From the sequence record DRR378314_1695: a stretch of DNA of 64,000 bases; one strand, 5' to 3'. Of the stretch, positions 22,036 to 32,755 are shown piece by piece; position 1 is the first letter of the stretch; each line of letters opens with the position of its first letter. The notes beneath the pieces were generated by a model. The model was not told the origin of the DNA and searched no databases. It was given only the letters and a program-made list of their open reading frames with translations. Both the position numbers and the translations under genes were made by a program.

Positions 22036-22078
22036 TGACCAATGTCATATTTTACCATAAAAGAAGGAATTAGATTTG
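22036..22078 (+). promoter_or_regulatory. Crp/Fnr-type box plus -7 element (PNPOx-like gene, probably ppsA)
   Basis: TGACCAATGTCA at 22036-22047; TAGATTTG at 22071-22078. Confidence 0.85.
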
Positions 22079-22161
22079 ATGTTAATAAGGATTTATGCGA
22101 AATGCCTTTTAGGGAATTCCATAAACTGTCACAGAATAGTTTAAAGATTATAAAAAGGAAT

Positions 22162-22614
22162 ATGACAAATTTGACCAATAGCGAAAGTATTCGCTTACTA
22201 AAGGGCAACTACACCGGACACTTGGGATATATATATCAGGATAAGCCTTATGTTCTCCCTATTACCTATTATTATGACAAGGATGATCATTCCCTAATAA
22301 GTTATTCGGCAGATGGCCACAAAATAGATGCCATGCGTCAGAATACAGCGGTGACCTTATTGGTCGAGGAAGTAAAATCATCCAACAATTGGCAATCGGT
22401 TATGGCCCATGGCACCTATGAAGAACTTCAAGGAACCGATGCCAAATTTAAGTTGCATCAATTTACAGAGGGGGTAAAGGGTCTTATCCTTGCCAAAGAG
22501 CATCGGGAAACTGAATTTATAAGTGAATTTTCAAGCAAATTGTACTCCCGCGGAATTCCGACGGTATATCGCATCAAAATATTAGAGATTACTGGAAAAA
22601 GGAAAGAAACCTAG
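22162..22614 (+). CDS. Pyridoxamine 5'-phosphate oxidase-like flavin-binding protein (NimA/Rv0080-like)
   Basis: GHLG, PYVLPITY, GHKIDAMRQN, WQSVMAHG; start ATG 22162 because the longer ORF begins inside the box. Confidence 0.85.
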   Translation: MTNLTNSESIRLLKGNYTGHLGYIYQDKPYVLPITYYYDKDDHSLISYSADGHKIDAMRQNTAVTLLVEEVKSSNNWQSVMAHGTYEELQGTDAKFKLHQFTEGVKGLILAKEHRETEFISEFSSKLYSRGIPTVYRIKILEITGKRKET

Positions 22615-22715
22615 CATAATCCCCCCAGGTTAGTTCCCCCTATTTTTCCAGCTATTAGCAATTAGCCTTACTCCTCAATAATGCTAATTTAAATAACCCA
22701 AATAATGTATTGGAG

Positions 22716-25124
22716 ATGGAAAACTATATAAGGCAATTTAACGACATAGATATAAACGATGTTCCTGAAGTAGGAGGAAAAAATGCCTCTTTGGGCGAAA
22801 TGTACCAGAAACTTACCTCAAAAGGAATTCAGGTTCCGGACGGATTTGCCACTACCTCGGACGCCTATTGGCTCTTCCTGAAAGAAGCGCAATTAAAAGA
22901 ATCCATATTCACCGAGATTTCAAAATTGGATAAGAAGGATTTTTCCAATTTACGGGAAGTTGGGAGTGCTATAAGAACAAGTATAGCCAAAGCAGATTTT
23001 CCGCAAGCTATCAAATCTTCCCTTGAGGACGGATATAATACACTGGTAAAAAAATACGGTTCCCAAATTTCCTTGGCGGTCCGCAGCAGTGCCACGGCAG
23101 AGGACCTTCCCAATGCCAGTTTTGCAGGGCAACAGGAAACCTATCTCAATGTAAAGGGTTTTGATGAACTGATAGCTGCCTGTCATAAATGTTATGCCTC
23201 CTTATTCACCGATAGGGCCATAAAATACCGCGAAGATAATCATTTTGACCAGACCAAGGTAGCGCTATCCATAGGCGTGCAGTTAATGGTGCGCTCGGAC
23301 TTGGCAAGTTCCGGAGTAAATTTCACCTTGGATCCGGACACTGGTTTTGATAAGGTAGTTCTTGTTACCAGCACTTGGGGCCTAGGTGAAAATATAGTTC
23401 AGGGCAGTGTTAATCCGGACGAATACTTCGTTTATAAACCTAGTCTTAAAAATAGTATTCGCCAACCCATTATTTCAAGAAAATTGGGCAGCAAGGAAAA
23501 AACCATGATTTACGATACTTCTGGCAGCGGTACCTTTAACCTGGACACCACAATAGAAAAACAGGAAAAATTTGTACTTACCGATGCCGAGGTAAAAAAA
23601 CTTGCCGAATGGTCTATAATTATTGAGGAACATTATGGACGTCCCATGGATATAGAATGGGCAAAGGACGGTTTGACCAATGAATTGTTTATAGTCCAGG
23701 CCAGACCGGAGACGGTGCAAAGTGCAAAAAAGGATAAACTCAAAATCAGTACCTATACCTTGCTGGAAAAAGGCAAGGAAATTACAAGGGGAATGGGTCT
23801 GGGCAACAAAATATCTGCAGGGAAGGCACGTATTATACATAGTCCCCTAGAATCCCATAAGCTACAGCATGGAGAAATACTCATCACGGAAAAGACCGAT
23901 CCCGATTGGGATCCCATCCTTAAAAAAGCTGCCGGCATCATTACGGACCAAGGGGGGCGCACAAGTCATGCCGCCATAGTTGCTCGTGAGGTAGGAGCTG
24001 CAGCAATTGTTGGCACCCTTAATGCTACAAAAACAATAAAGGATGGCCAGGATATCACCATTTCATGTGCAGATGGGGATACTGGAGTAGTTTACGATGG
24101 AATACTGAAATGGGACGAAAAAACAGTGGATATTAAATCACTTAAAAAACCCGCAACCCAACCCATGCTTATTTTGGCAGATCCAGAGCAAGCCTTCAAA
24201 CTATCATTTTATCCCACTGCCGGCGTTGGTCTTATGCGATTGGAATTTGTCATCAATAATTCCATCCAAATCCATCCGATGGCCTTAAAGCATTTTGACA
24301 CCCTAAAGGACCCCACTGTAAAGGAAACTATTGAAAAACTCACCCACCATTACCCTAACAAGGCCAATTATTTTGTGCATAAACTGGCAGAGGGCATTGC
24401 CACCATTGCAGCCGCCTTTTATCCCAAAGATGTTATTGTGCGTACAAGCGATTTTAAATCCAATGAATATGCCAATTTAATAGGCGGTAAGGAATTTGAA
24501 CCAATTGAGTCCAACCCTATGATCGGTTTTAGAGGAGCATCACGCTACTATCATCCCAAATATCAGGAAGCCTTTGAATTGGAGTGCAAGGCCATGAAAA
24601 TGGTCAGGGAGGACATGGGTTTTAATAATGTTAAGATAATGATTCCCTTCTGTCGTACCCTTACCGAAGCTGAAAGAGTGGTTGACCTTATGGCAGATTA
24701 CGGACTGAAAAGGGGTGAGAATGGCCTACAGCTCTATATGATGACCGAAATTCCCAACAACGTAATGCTGGCCGAAGAGTTCGCACATTTTTTTGATGGC
24801 TTCTCTATCGGCTCCAACGACCTTACCCAATTGACCTTGGGCGTTGATCGCGATTCAGAGCTCTTAAGCGACATTTTTAACGCCAATGATCCTGGACTAA
24901 AAAAAATGATCGCCATGGTCATTGCTTCCGCCCACAAAACGAATACAAAAATTGGACTCTGCGGACAGGCTCCAAGTGATTATCCCGAGTTTGCACAGTT
25001 TCTTGTAGAAAAAGGAATCAATTCCATCTCCTTTAATCCGGATGCGCTCATTGAAGGAATCAAGAATATAAATATGGCAGAAAATCATAAGGTAAGTTTT
25101 GGAATGGCGGAAAGTAGTAATTGA
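22716..25124 (+). CDS. ppsA: Phosphoenolpyruvate synthase
   Basis: VGGKNASLGEM, AVRSSATAEDLP, GGRTSHAAI (phospho-His), SIGSNDLTQ. Confidence 0.95.
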   Translation: MENYIRQFNDIDINDVPEVGGKNASLGEMYQKLTSKGIQVPDGFATTSDAYWLFLKEAQLKESIFTEISKLDKKDFSNLREVGSAIRTSIAKADFPQAIKSSLEDGYNTLVKKYGSQISLAVRSSATAEDLPNASFAGQQETYLNVKGFDELIAACHKCYASLFTDRAIKYREDNHFDQTKVALSIGVQLMVRSDLASSGVNFTLDPDTGFDKVVLVTSTWGLGENIVQGSVNPDEYFVYKPSLKNSIRQPIISRKLGSKEKTMIYDTSGSGTFNLDTTIEKQEKFVLTDAEVKKLAEWSIIIEEHYGRPMDIEWAKDGLTNELFIVQARPETVQSAKKDKLKISTYTLLEKGKEITRGMGLGNKISAGKARIIHSPLESHKLQHGEILITEKTDPDWDPILKKAAGIITDQGGRTSHAAIVAREVGAAAIVGTLNATKTIKDGQDITISCADGDTGVVYDGILKWDEKTVDIKSLKKPATQPMLILADPEQAFKLSFYPTAGVGLMRLEFVINNSIQIHPMALKHFDTLKDPTVKETIEKLTHHYPNKANYFVHKLAEGIATIAAAFYPKDVIVRTSDFKSNEYANLIGGKEFEPIESNPMIGFRGASRYYHPKYQEAFELECKAMKMVREDMGFNNVKIMIPFCRTLTEAERVVDLMADYGLKRGENGLQLYMMTEIPNNVMLAEEFAHFFDGFSIGSNDLTQLTLGVDRDSELLSDIFNANDPGLKKMIAMVIASAHKTNTKIGLCGQAPSDYPEFAQFLVEKGINSISFNPDALIEGIKNINMAENHKVSFGMAESSN

Positions 25125-25245
25125 CATCCAAAAGGTAATTGGGCCCAATATATTTACTATTCATGGCCTTTGTCTGTTGAAACAAAAGATTCGCCAATTT
25201 TTGTTTCACTATAAATACAATAAGGGAACTACCCTGTTGGATTGA

Positions 25246-25288
25246 TGATTTATATCATTTCTCATCACCTTCGTAAATACTTCCTTTG
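25246..25288 (+). promoter_or_regulatory. Crp/Fnr-type box plus -7 element (pfkB-glk)
   Basis: A-TGATTTATATCA-T at 25246-25257; TTCCTTTG at 25281-25288. Confidence 0.8.
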
Positions 25289-25439
25289 TTATTACAATTG
25301 GGATACCCTAATGATTACCATAAACCAATCTGTAATAGTAGGTATTCCCCTATGAAATGGGAAACCTAAGCTTAGAACGTCTAATTTTTGCCCAAATCTA
25401 ATTCTGTTGGGCTGTGAACAATCATAAATTATAAATAAG

Positions 25440-26387
25440 ATGCAAAAGAGAGTAGTTACACTTACCTTAAATCCCGTAATAGACAAGAGCGTGTCCGTAC
25501 CGGGTATCAGCCCCAATACCAAACTGCGCTGTACATCACCAACTTATGACGCAGGAGGCGGGGGCATCAATGTATCACGTGCCCTCAAAAAATTGGGAGA
25601 GGAATCGCTCTGCATATATCTCGCAGGAGGGCCCACAGGAGAACATTTAAGGCAAATATTGGACAAGGCGGGTATCGATCAAATAGCAGTGCCCATTAAG
25701 GGGTGGACGAGGGATAATCTTGCGGTTACAGATACTATTACCAATTTGCAATACCGCTTTGGGGTCCCTGGACCTCTGGTTGAAAAGGAAGAATGGGAAA
25801 CGCTACTGAAAAAATTGGAAGAGAATTTGCAAGAAGGAGATTACTTGGTGGCCAGTGGTAAATTACCTCCGGGAATGCCTAATGATTTCTATGTTCTGGT
25901 AGCGGAAATAGCCAAAAGAAAAAAGACCCGCTTTGTTTTGGACACTTCAGGGGAGGCTCTGGTCAAGGCTACAAAATCCAGCATATTTATGCTAAAACCC
26001 AACTTGGGGGAATTAAGCACCTTATGTGGTGTCACCTCAATTTCAGCGATGGAATTGGAACCCCTTGCCAAAAAGTTTTTAGAGGAACATGATTGTGGGA
26101 TACTTGTGGTATCCTTGGGGGCGAAAGGGGCCCTATTGGCTACAAAGGACCTCATAGAACATATTCCTGCGCCCACAGTGCTGCAAAAAAGCACCATTGG
26201 GGCGGGCGATAGTATGGTGGCCGGTATGGTAGTTAGTTTGCTTAAAGGCAAAACCTATAGCGAAATGGTAAAATACGGAGTAGCCTGTGGTACTGCTGCT
26301 ACCATGCATGAGGGTACCCAATTGTGCAACAAGGAGGACGCCGATAATTTGTACAAATGGATACTAGGACAAAAAACAAAACTGTAA
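25440..26387 (+). CDS. pfkB: PfkB family (1-phosphofructokinase / Pfk-2 type) hexose-phosphate kinase
   Basis: TLTLNPVID, AGGGGINVSR, KPNLGEL, STIGAGDS. Confidence 0.88.
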   Translation: MQKRVVTLTLNPVIDKSVSVPGISPNTKLRCTSPTYDAGGGGINVSRALKKLGEESLCIYLAGGPTGEHLRQILDKAGIDQIAVPIKGWTRDNLAVTDTITNLQYRFGVPGPLVEKEEWETLLKKLEENLQEGDYLVASGKLPPGMPNDFYVLVAEIAKRKKTRFVLDTSGEALVKATKSSIFMLKPNLGELSTLCGVTSISAMELEPLAKKFLEEHDCGILVVSLGAKGALLATKDLIEHIPAPTVLQKSTIGAGDSMVAGMVVSLLKGKTYSEMVKYGVACGTAATMHEGTQLCNKEDADNLYKWILGQKTKL

Positions 26388-26583
26388 ATGCTAATCTGAG
26401 AAGTAACAATTGGATGTCGAATACCTTTTGAGAGATTATGCACCTAACCCAGTACTTCTTCGGATGATATACCGTTATTTGGGCTTTTGCCAAAAAGCCA
26501 TTGAAGGAAGACATTGGATTACTTAATTTGTTTGAGAAAACTAGACTGGAAAAAATATAACCCTTATATAAAAGATTGACTTT

Positions 26584-27660
26584 ATGGATAATATTCAGAA
26601 ATTTTCCTTGACTGCCATCCATGAAGGGGAGATTCCCTTAGCTTTTATGACTGCCAGCATATCCCGGGACAAGGGAGTTATTTTGGCCGCGGATGTTGGA
26701 GGTACTAAAACAAATTTGGCCCTTTTTCAGATCCAGACAGGGGATCTCGTCCCATTAAAGGAGAAATCATATCCCACTAAAAAATATAAGTCCTTTCTGG
26801 AGATGGTGTCTAGCTTCCATACAGATGATATGCCAAGGATAAACGGAATATGTCTTGGTGTTGCCGGACCCGTTACCCAGGGCAAGGTATATGGCACGAA
26901 TTTTCCTTGGGCAATTGACAGTGAAGAAATTCGTAGGGAACTAAATATACCTTCCGTTTCATTGATCAATGATATGGAGGCCAATGCCTATGGACTGGCT
27001 GCGCTCCAAGACAAGGACTTCGAAACGCTAAAGCCTGGATCAAAAATACCGGGCAACGCAGCATTAATATCTCCAGGTACGGGACTTGGGGAAGCAGGAA
27101 TGTTCTGGGACGGATCGCACTACCACCCTTTCGCCTGTGAAGGTGGCCATTGCGATTTTAGTCCTCGAAATGAATTGGACATAAGAATACTGCAACACTT
27201 CCAAAAAAAATATGGCCATGTTAGTTGGGAAAGGTTGCTATCAGGTCCCGGAATCTTGGAACTGTATTTGTTCTTGAGACAAATAAGTGGCATAAAGGAG
27301 CCACAATGGCTGAGTGATGATATGTCCAAGGGTAATCCCCCTGCGATAATTACGGGGACAGCAATGGAAGGAAAAGATTCCGTTTGTGCAGAAACCTTGG
27401 ATATTTTTATTCGATTTTTGGCCATAGAAGCGGCTCAGCTTGCCCTAAAATTCAAGGCTACCGGGGGTATTTATATGGGCGGGGGCATCTTACCAAAAAT
27501 CTTTACCGGTATTGACAGGGAAGTTTTTTATAACAACTTTGTACAATCAGGGCGACTGAACGCTCTTTTGGAAATGGTACCGGTAAAGGTAATCCTTAAC
27601 GAAAAAACGGCACTCCTTGGGGCCGCTTATTATGGTGCTGTGGTACTGCAAGGGGATTAA
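26584..27660 (+). CDS. glk: Glucokinase (E. coli Glk type)
   Basis: ADVGGTKT, LINDMEA, PGTGLGEA, EGGH, SWERLLSGPG; exact start uncertain. Confidence 0.9.
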   Translation: MDNIQKFSLTAIHEGEIPLAFMTASISRDKGVILAADVGGTKTNLALFQIQTGDLVPLKEKSYPTKKYKSFLEMVSSFHTDDMPRINGICLGVAGPVTQGKVYGTNFPWAIDSEEIRRELNIPSVSLINDMEANAYGLAALQDKDFETLKPGSKIPGNAALISPGTGLGEAGMFWDGSHYHPFACEGGHCDFSPRNELDIRILQHFQKKYGHVSWERLLSGPGILELYLFLRQISGIKEPQWLSDDMSKGNPPAIITGTAMEGKDSVCAETLDIFIRFLAIEAAQLALKFKATGGIYMGGGILPKIFTGIDREVFYNNFVQSGRLNALLEMVPVKVILNEKTALLGAAYYGAVVLQGD

Positions 27661-27761
27661 AATGTGATGCTTTGCAGCTATCAAAATACAAGCAATGTAC
27701 ACCTGTAGAGCATCAATCTAGAATTCCTTGCCTTACTCCCATTAACCAACATGGAAAATCC

Positions 27762-28622
27762 CTAGAAAAATAGGGTTTTATGGTTATGTTCATTAAAGCT
27801 CATCAATATTACCTCACCGTAATCCTCCATTTTTTTGACTAGATCCCTATGGAACCATTTTTTTAGAAATCCTTTCTTTTCCCTTTCCAGCATCACTACC
27901 ATATCTGCATTTACTACCCCAAGATAAATTCTCAGGGTGTCAAATACATCTTCAGAAAACAATAGTTCGAACTCGATATCCGGATAATTTACCTTGGATT
28001 TCAGCATGTCCTTGAACCACTCCATTAATAAGTCTCCCGCATATTCCTCCTGGGTAGAAATATGTACTACCTTAATCTTTGCCTTTAAAGGCCTGGCAAT
28101 TTCCGAAAGTTTTTGAATGGCGTGTATATCTTCCTCTTCAAAATCTGTGGCATAGACCATGGTATCCAAATTTCTGCGCAATACATCATGGGGAACTGCA
28201 ATTACGGGACAAGGTGCCTTCTCTATGAGCTTCTTTGTGGTACTGCCCAAGATCATTTCCTCAAGCCCGCTTGCTCCTTTGGTACCTACCACTATTAGTT
28301 GGGCATGATAATCTTCTGCCTTTGATATAATTCCTTTGATAACAGAACTGTTCAGTACAGGCTCCAATTGTATTTTGGGATTATCCCACTTGCTTCCAAG
28401 GTGTTCCGTGCAGAATTTCTCCAGCTGGGCACGGTGGATTTTAACCGGATTTCCATCAAGTATCGGCCGCTCATCCAGTCCTTCCACACCCAATACGGTA
28501 GGAAAATTAAATGTGTAGTTAATAACCAGTCGCATACCCAAGGCCTGACTTAAATTATAGGCAAACTGCAAAGCAGTGACCGAGTTTTTGGAATAATCCG
28601 TGGCATAAAGCAATGTTTTCAT
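27762..28622 (-). CDS. Universal stress protein (tandem USP domains)
   Basis: LLYATDYS, LIVVGTKG, GSTT, second domain MVYATDF. Confidence 0.92.
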   Translation of the reverse strand: MKTLLYATDYSKNSVTALQFAYNLSQALGMRLVINYTFNFPTVLGVEGLDERPILDGNPVKIHRAQLEKFCTEHLGSKWDNPKIQLEPVLNSSVIKGIISKAEDYHAQLIVVGTKGASGLEEMILGSTTKKLIEKAPCPVIAVPHDVLRRNLDTMVYATDFEEEDIHAIQKLSEIARPLKAKIKVVHISTQEEYAGDLLMEWFKDMLKSKVNYPDIEFELLFSEDVFDTLRIYLGVVNADMVVMLEREKKGFLKKWFHRDLVKKMEDYGEVILMSFNEHNHKTLFF

Positions 28623-28745
28623 TTTGTAAGGTATTGTAATTTATCAGCAAAACTTGCAAGCCACCCACTGAATCAATGGGAATAGATACCGTGATACTTG
28701 CCTATTTTAAGAAGTTAAATGGTTCATGGAATAAAATTGTTTCGT

Positions 28746-28819
28746 TAAAATTAGAACCTAATATTGTATCCATAAATGACTTCTATCATATATGGTAATA
28801 TTTCTATGCCCGAACTTCG
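28746..28819. promoter_or_regulatory. Single Crp/Fnr-type box centred between divergent promoters (usp / pta-ackA)
   Basis: TGACTTCTATCA at 28777-28788; TAATTTTA (minus) and GAACTTCG (plus), each 23 nt away. Confidence 0.75.
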
Positions 28820-28846
28820 CAACTCGAAAAAGAATATTAGAAATTC

Positions 28847-30940
28847 ATGAGCAAAGCTATATACCTTGCCACTACAGAGCCCAATAGCGGAAAATCTATA
28901 GTTTCCTTGGGCATGATGCAGTTATTATTGGGAAAAACCGCCAAGGTGGGTTACTTCCGGCCAATTATCGATGACTTTGAAGAGGGCAGGATCGATGACC
29001 ATATTGATACTGTACTAAAGCATTTTGAAGTAGACCAGAAATTCGAGGATTCCTATGCCTATACCCGCAGCCAAGTGGTACAACTTAAAAATATGGACAA
29101 GGATGATGAAATTATAGGTAATATCATCAATAAGTACAAGGCCATTGAGGACAGGTTCGATATTGTACTGGTGGAAGGAACAGATTTTTCTGGAGAGGGC
29201 GCCATCATAGAATGGGACATTAATGTGCTCATCGCCAAAAATTTGGGAATTCCTGCTATTATCATAGCCAACGGTATGGGCAAATCCCTTCAAGAATTGG
29301 TCGGAAATATATACATGGCCTACGATTCCTTTAGGGAAAAGGGCGTAGAAGTACTGCTTACCGTAGCCAATAAAGTACAGACAGAAAATTTGGAAAAGGT
29401 ATTGGCCGGTCTCAAGTCAAAACTGCCCAAAAAAGTATTTACAGCGGCTATCCCCTTGAACCCAATTTTGGGAAATCCTACCGTAAAGGAAATTGCACAG
29501 GCCCTTTCGGCAAAGGTGTTGTTTGGAGAAGATTTTATTAACAATCAGGCCGGCGAATTTAGTGTTGGTGCCATGCAACTCCGCAATTATCTCAACCATT
29601 TGAAAAAGGACAGTCTGGTCATAACCCCAGGAGATAGGGCAGATATTATTTTAGGGGCCCTACAGGCCAACATCTCCACAAATTATCCCAATCTCTCTGG
29701 TATTGTACTAACAGGCGGTCTACTGCCGGAGGATTCCATCATTAAACTTATTGAGGGCCTTTCCGATGTTATTCCTATACTCTCAGTGGCCGATGGCACT
29801 TTTTCGGTAACAAACCGCATAGGAACCATTAAGCCCCGGATCTATCCCGAGAATAAGGAAAAAATAACGACCTCCATACAGGAATTTGAAAAATATGTCC
29901 CCACAAATGAACTGGCAGAGCGACTTATTACCTTTAAGGCGGAGGGAATAACCCCAAGAATGTTCCAGTACAATCTTCTTAAACGGGCAAAATCGACCAA
30001 GAAGCATATTGTCCTCCCGGAAGGAAATGACGAGCGCATTTTAAAGGCTACTAAGAAACTTCTGGACACCAATGCCGTTACCATTACATTATTGGGAGAT
30101 ACGGAGCAAATAATGGCAAAAATTTCAGAATTAGATATTAGTTTGGATGCCAATAGCTTCAATATTATAGACCCCAAATCTTCCCCCAATTTCTTGGATT
30201 ACGCCACCACGCTATACGAACTGCGTAAAGAAAAAAACGTTAATCTTGCCATGGCGAAAGATCTTATGGAGGATGTTTCCTATTTCGGAACCATGATGGT
30301 CTATAAGGGCCATGCCGATGGAATGGTTTCAGGAGCGATACATACTACCCAGCATACCATTAGGCCGGCACTGCAATTTATAAAGACCAGGCCTGAGGTT
30401 TCCATTGTTTCCTCTGTCTTCTTTATGTGCCTCCCCAACCGCGTCACCATATTCGGGGATTGCGCTATCAATCCCAACCCCACGGCCGAACATTTGGCGG
30501 AAATTGCGATTTCTTCGGCTGCTACCAGCACTGCTTTTGGCATTGAACCCAAGATTGCCATGCTCTCTTACTCATCGGGAGCTTCCGGTGCGGGAGAAGA
30601 TGTGGATAGGGTACGCAAGGCCACAGAAATTATAAAAAAGAAGCGGCCAGATCTAAAAGTGGAGGGGCCCATACAATACGATGCAGCAGTAGACATAAAT
30701 GTAGGTAAGAGTAAATTGCCGGATTCGGAGGTGGCAGGACAGGCCAGCGTATTCATTTTTCCAGATCTAAATACTGGAAACAATACCTATAAGGCCGTTC
30801 AAAGGGAAACCGGTGCCCTGGCCATTGGCCCAATGCTACAAGGTCTAAACAAACCTGTTAACGACCTAAGCCGGGGCTGTACAGTGGAGGATATCTATAA
30901 CACTGTAGTCATCACCGCCATACAGGCACAAGGCCTATAA
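28847..30940 (+). CDS. pta: Phosphate acetyltransferase, long form with AAA/DRTGG N-terminus
   Basis: SGKS, ITPGDR, HIVLPEG, EGPIQYDAA, VNDLSRGC. Confidence 0.95.
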   Translation: MSKAIYLATTEPNSGKSIVSLGMMQLLLGKTAKVGYFRPIIDDFEEGRIDDHIDTVLKHFEVDQKFEDSYAYTRSQVVQLKNMDKDDEIIGNIINKYKAIEDRFDIVLVEGTDFSGEGAIIEWDINVLIAKNLGIPAIIIANGMGKSLQELVGNIYMAYDSFREKGVEVLLTVANKVQTENLEKVLAGLKSKLPKKVFTAAIPLNPILGNPTVKEIAQALSAKVLFGEDFINNQAGEFSVGAMQLRNYLNHLKKDSLVITPGDRADIILGALQANISTNYPNLSGIVLTGGLLPEDSIIKLIEGLSDVIPILSVADGTFSVTNRIGTIKPRIYPENKEKITTSIQEFEKYVPTNELAERLITFKAEGITPRMFQYNLLKRAKSTKKHIVLPEGNDERILKATKKLLDTNAVTITLLGDTEQIMAKISELDISLDANSFNIIDPKSSPNFLDYATTLYELRKEKNVNLAMAKDLMEDVSYFGTMMVYKGHADGMVSGAIHTTQHTIRPALQFIKTRPEVSIVSSVFFMCLPNRVTIFGDCAINPNPTAEHLAEIAISSAATSTAFGIEPKIAMLSYSSGASGAGEDVDRVRKATEIIKKKRPDLKVEGPIQYDAAVDINVGKSKLPDSEVAGQASVFIFPDLNTGNNTYKAVQRETGALAIGPMLQGLNKPVNDLSRGCTVEDIYNTVVITAIQAQGL

Positions 30941-30964
30941 TTTTAAAACAATAAATCCAAAAAT

Positions 30965-32155
30965 ATGAACATACTGATCATAAACGCAGGAAGTTCTTCC
31001 ATAAAATATCAATTGATTCAAATGCCTTCAGAGCTTATAATTGGGAAGGGGCTGATAGAACGAATAGGTTCAAAAAATGCTACGGTGAAGTATAAAACCA
31101 ACACTGTGGATATTGAGGAGGTGATGTTGATTCCAAACCACAGTGCCGGGTTCCAGAAAATGGCCACTCTACTGATGGATCCAGATAAAGGCGTTATCGC
31201 AAACGTCAATGACATCGGTATTGTAGCCCATAGGGTAGTACATGGCGGCAATAGCTTTTCCGAAACAACAGCAATTACACAGGAGGTTAAAGATAAAATA
31301 AGGGAAATTTCTATATTGGCTCCCTTACACAACCCTCATAATTTGGAAGGAATTTTATTGGCCGAGGAAGCTTTTCCTAAGGCCAAACAAATTGCTGTTT
31401 TTGATACCGCTTTTCACCAAACCATGCCAGTCAAGGCCAAAAAATATGCATTGCCCAATGAATTTTATACAGATCACGGTATCCAGGCCTATGGTTTTCA
31501 CGGCACAAGTCACAAATATGTGTCCGAGAAGGCAATTTACTTTTTAAAATTAAAATCCTCCAAGATAATTACCATACATCTGGGCCATGGGTGTAGTATA
31601 ACTGCCGTAAGGGATGGAAAAAGCGTTGATCATTCCATGGGGTTCACCCCTGCCAACGGACTTATCATGGGCTCTAGAAGTGGGGACATAGATCATTCCC
31701 TTATCTTTTATTTGGTAAATAATTTGGGCTATTGTTTGGAGGAAGTTAATGCTTTACTCTCCAAAAAAAGTGGTATGCTAGGACTAACAGGCCATAGGGA
31801 TTTAAGGGACATTGAAGCCAAAGCCAAAACTGGAAATAAAGAATGTATCCTGGCCTTGGAAATGAATGCCTACCGCATAAAAAAATATATAGGTGCCTAC
31901 GCTGCAGCCATGAACGGCTTGGATGCCGTAGTCTTTACCGCCGGCATCGGGGAAAATTCCAGTACTCTCAGAAACCTTGTATGCACGGATATGGATTATC
32001 TAGGTATAACACTGGACCCTGCCAAAAATGAATCAAAATCTTCCAACATAAGGGAAATTGGCAGCACCAATGCCCAAGTTAAAATCTTGGTAGTACCTAC
32101 CAATGAAGAACTTGAGATTGCGAAACAGGCCTTCGGTCTATCCCAGAACCAATAA
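30965..32155 (+). CDS. ackA: Acetate kinase
   Basis: INAGSSSIK, HRVVHGG, APLHNP, FDTAFHQT, FTAGIGENS. Confidence 0.96.
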   Translation: MNILIINAGSSSIKYQLIQMPSELIIGKGLIERIGSKNATVKYKTNTVDIEEVMLIPNHSAGFQKMATLLMDPDKGVIANVNDIGIVAHRVVHGGNSFSETTAITQEVKDKIREISILAPLHNPHNLEGILLAEEAFPKAKQIAVFDTAFHQTMPVKAKKYALPNEFYTDHGIQAYGFHGTSHKYVSEKAIYFLKLKSSKIITIHLGHGCSITAVRDGKSVDHSMGFTPANGLIMGSRSGDIDHSLIFYLVNNLGYCLEEVNALLSKKSGMLGLTGHRDLRDIEAKAKTGNKECILALEMNAYRIKKYIGAYAAAMNGLDAVVFTAGIGENSSTLRNLVCTDMDYLGITLDPAKNESKSSNIREIGSTNAQVKILVVPTNEELEIAKQAFGLSQNQ

Positions 32156-32260
32156 TTATGATATCCTAGATTTTGAGTTAAGCTTGGGGAAAATAAAATT
32201 TTCCATGATGACAAATGTGCAGTATACCCAAACAAAGTTATCGTTTGTCACAACCTTGGT

Positions 32261-32470
32261 CTACTCCTTTTTTGCCTTGCAAGTTTTTATTCCAAAAGGA
32301 AGGTACAACGGACAAAAGCCCATAAAACTGGTCAGGAAAAAGACAATGGCCAAAACCACTAGTACAATGCCCAACATCCCGGAAATAGTACCATTATAAT
32401 AAAGAGCGATCAATGCCGCCGCTATCACAAAACGCAAGGTTCTGTCCAAATTACCCATATTTTTCTTCAT
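32261..32470 (-). CDS. DUF2892 / YgaP-like small membrane protein
   Basis: MKKNMGNLDRTLR, two TMs, FCPLYLPFGIKTC. Confidence 0.85.
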   Translation of the reverse strand: MKKNMGNLDRTLRFVIAAALIALYYNGTISGMLGIVLVVLAIVFFLTSFMGFCPLYLPFGIKTCKAKKE

Positions 32471-32644
32471 GATTATAAATTTAAGTTATAGAACTTTTTA
32501 AAACCTTACAACGAACCTGTAATTCCGTTGTTAAGGCATACTTTTTTTTATATAAACATCAGACTGTCAAAAGCATCCTTTGGCGCTTCATTCCCTTAGA
32601 TCCAGGTAACTTTCCGATTTTTTCCAATTTCTAACTTGACAAAT

Positions 32645-32718
32645 CAAAGTAAATGGATATGTATTCCTATTCAAATGATATATGTCATTTCTGGGACCAA
32701 TACATTTAAATAATTTTG
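32645..32718. promoter_or_regulatory. Single Crp/Fnr-type box centred between divergent promoters
   Basis: AAA-TGATATATGTCA-TTT at 32676-32687; TAATTTTG at 32711 (plus) and TTACTTTG (minus), each 23 nt away. Confidence 0.85.
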
Positions 32719-32755
32719 TAGTACGCCAAGTTTATAATACTTAAAGCAAATTATC

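Noticed and set aside
32209-32220. TGACAAATGTGC near-box
   Set aside because: The right half-site is broken and it lies between convergent genes with no promoter to serve.
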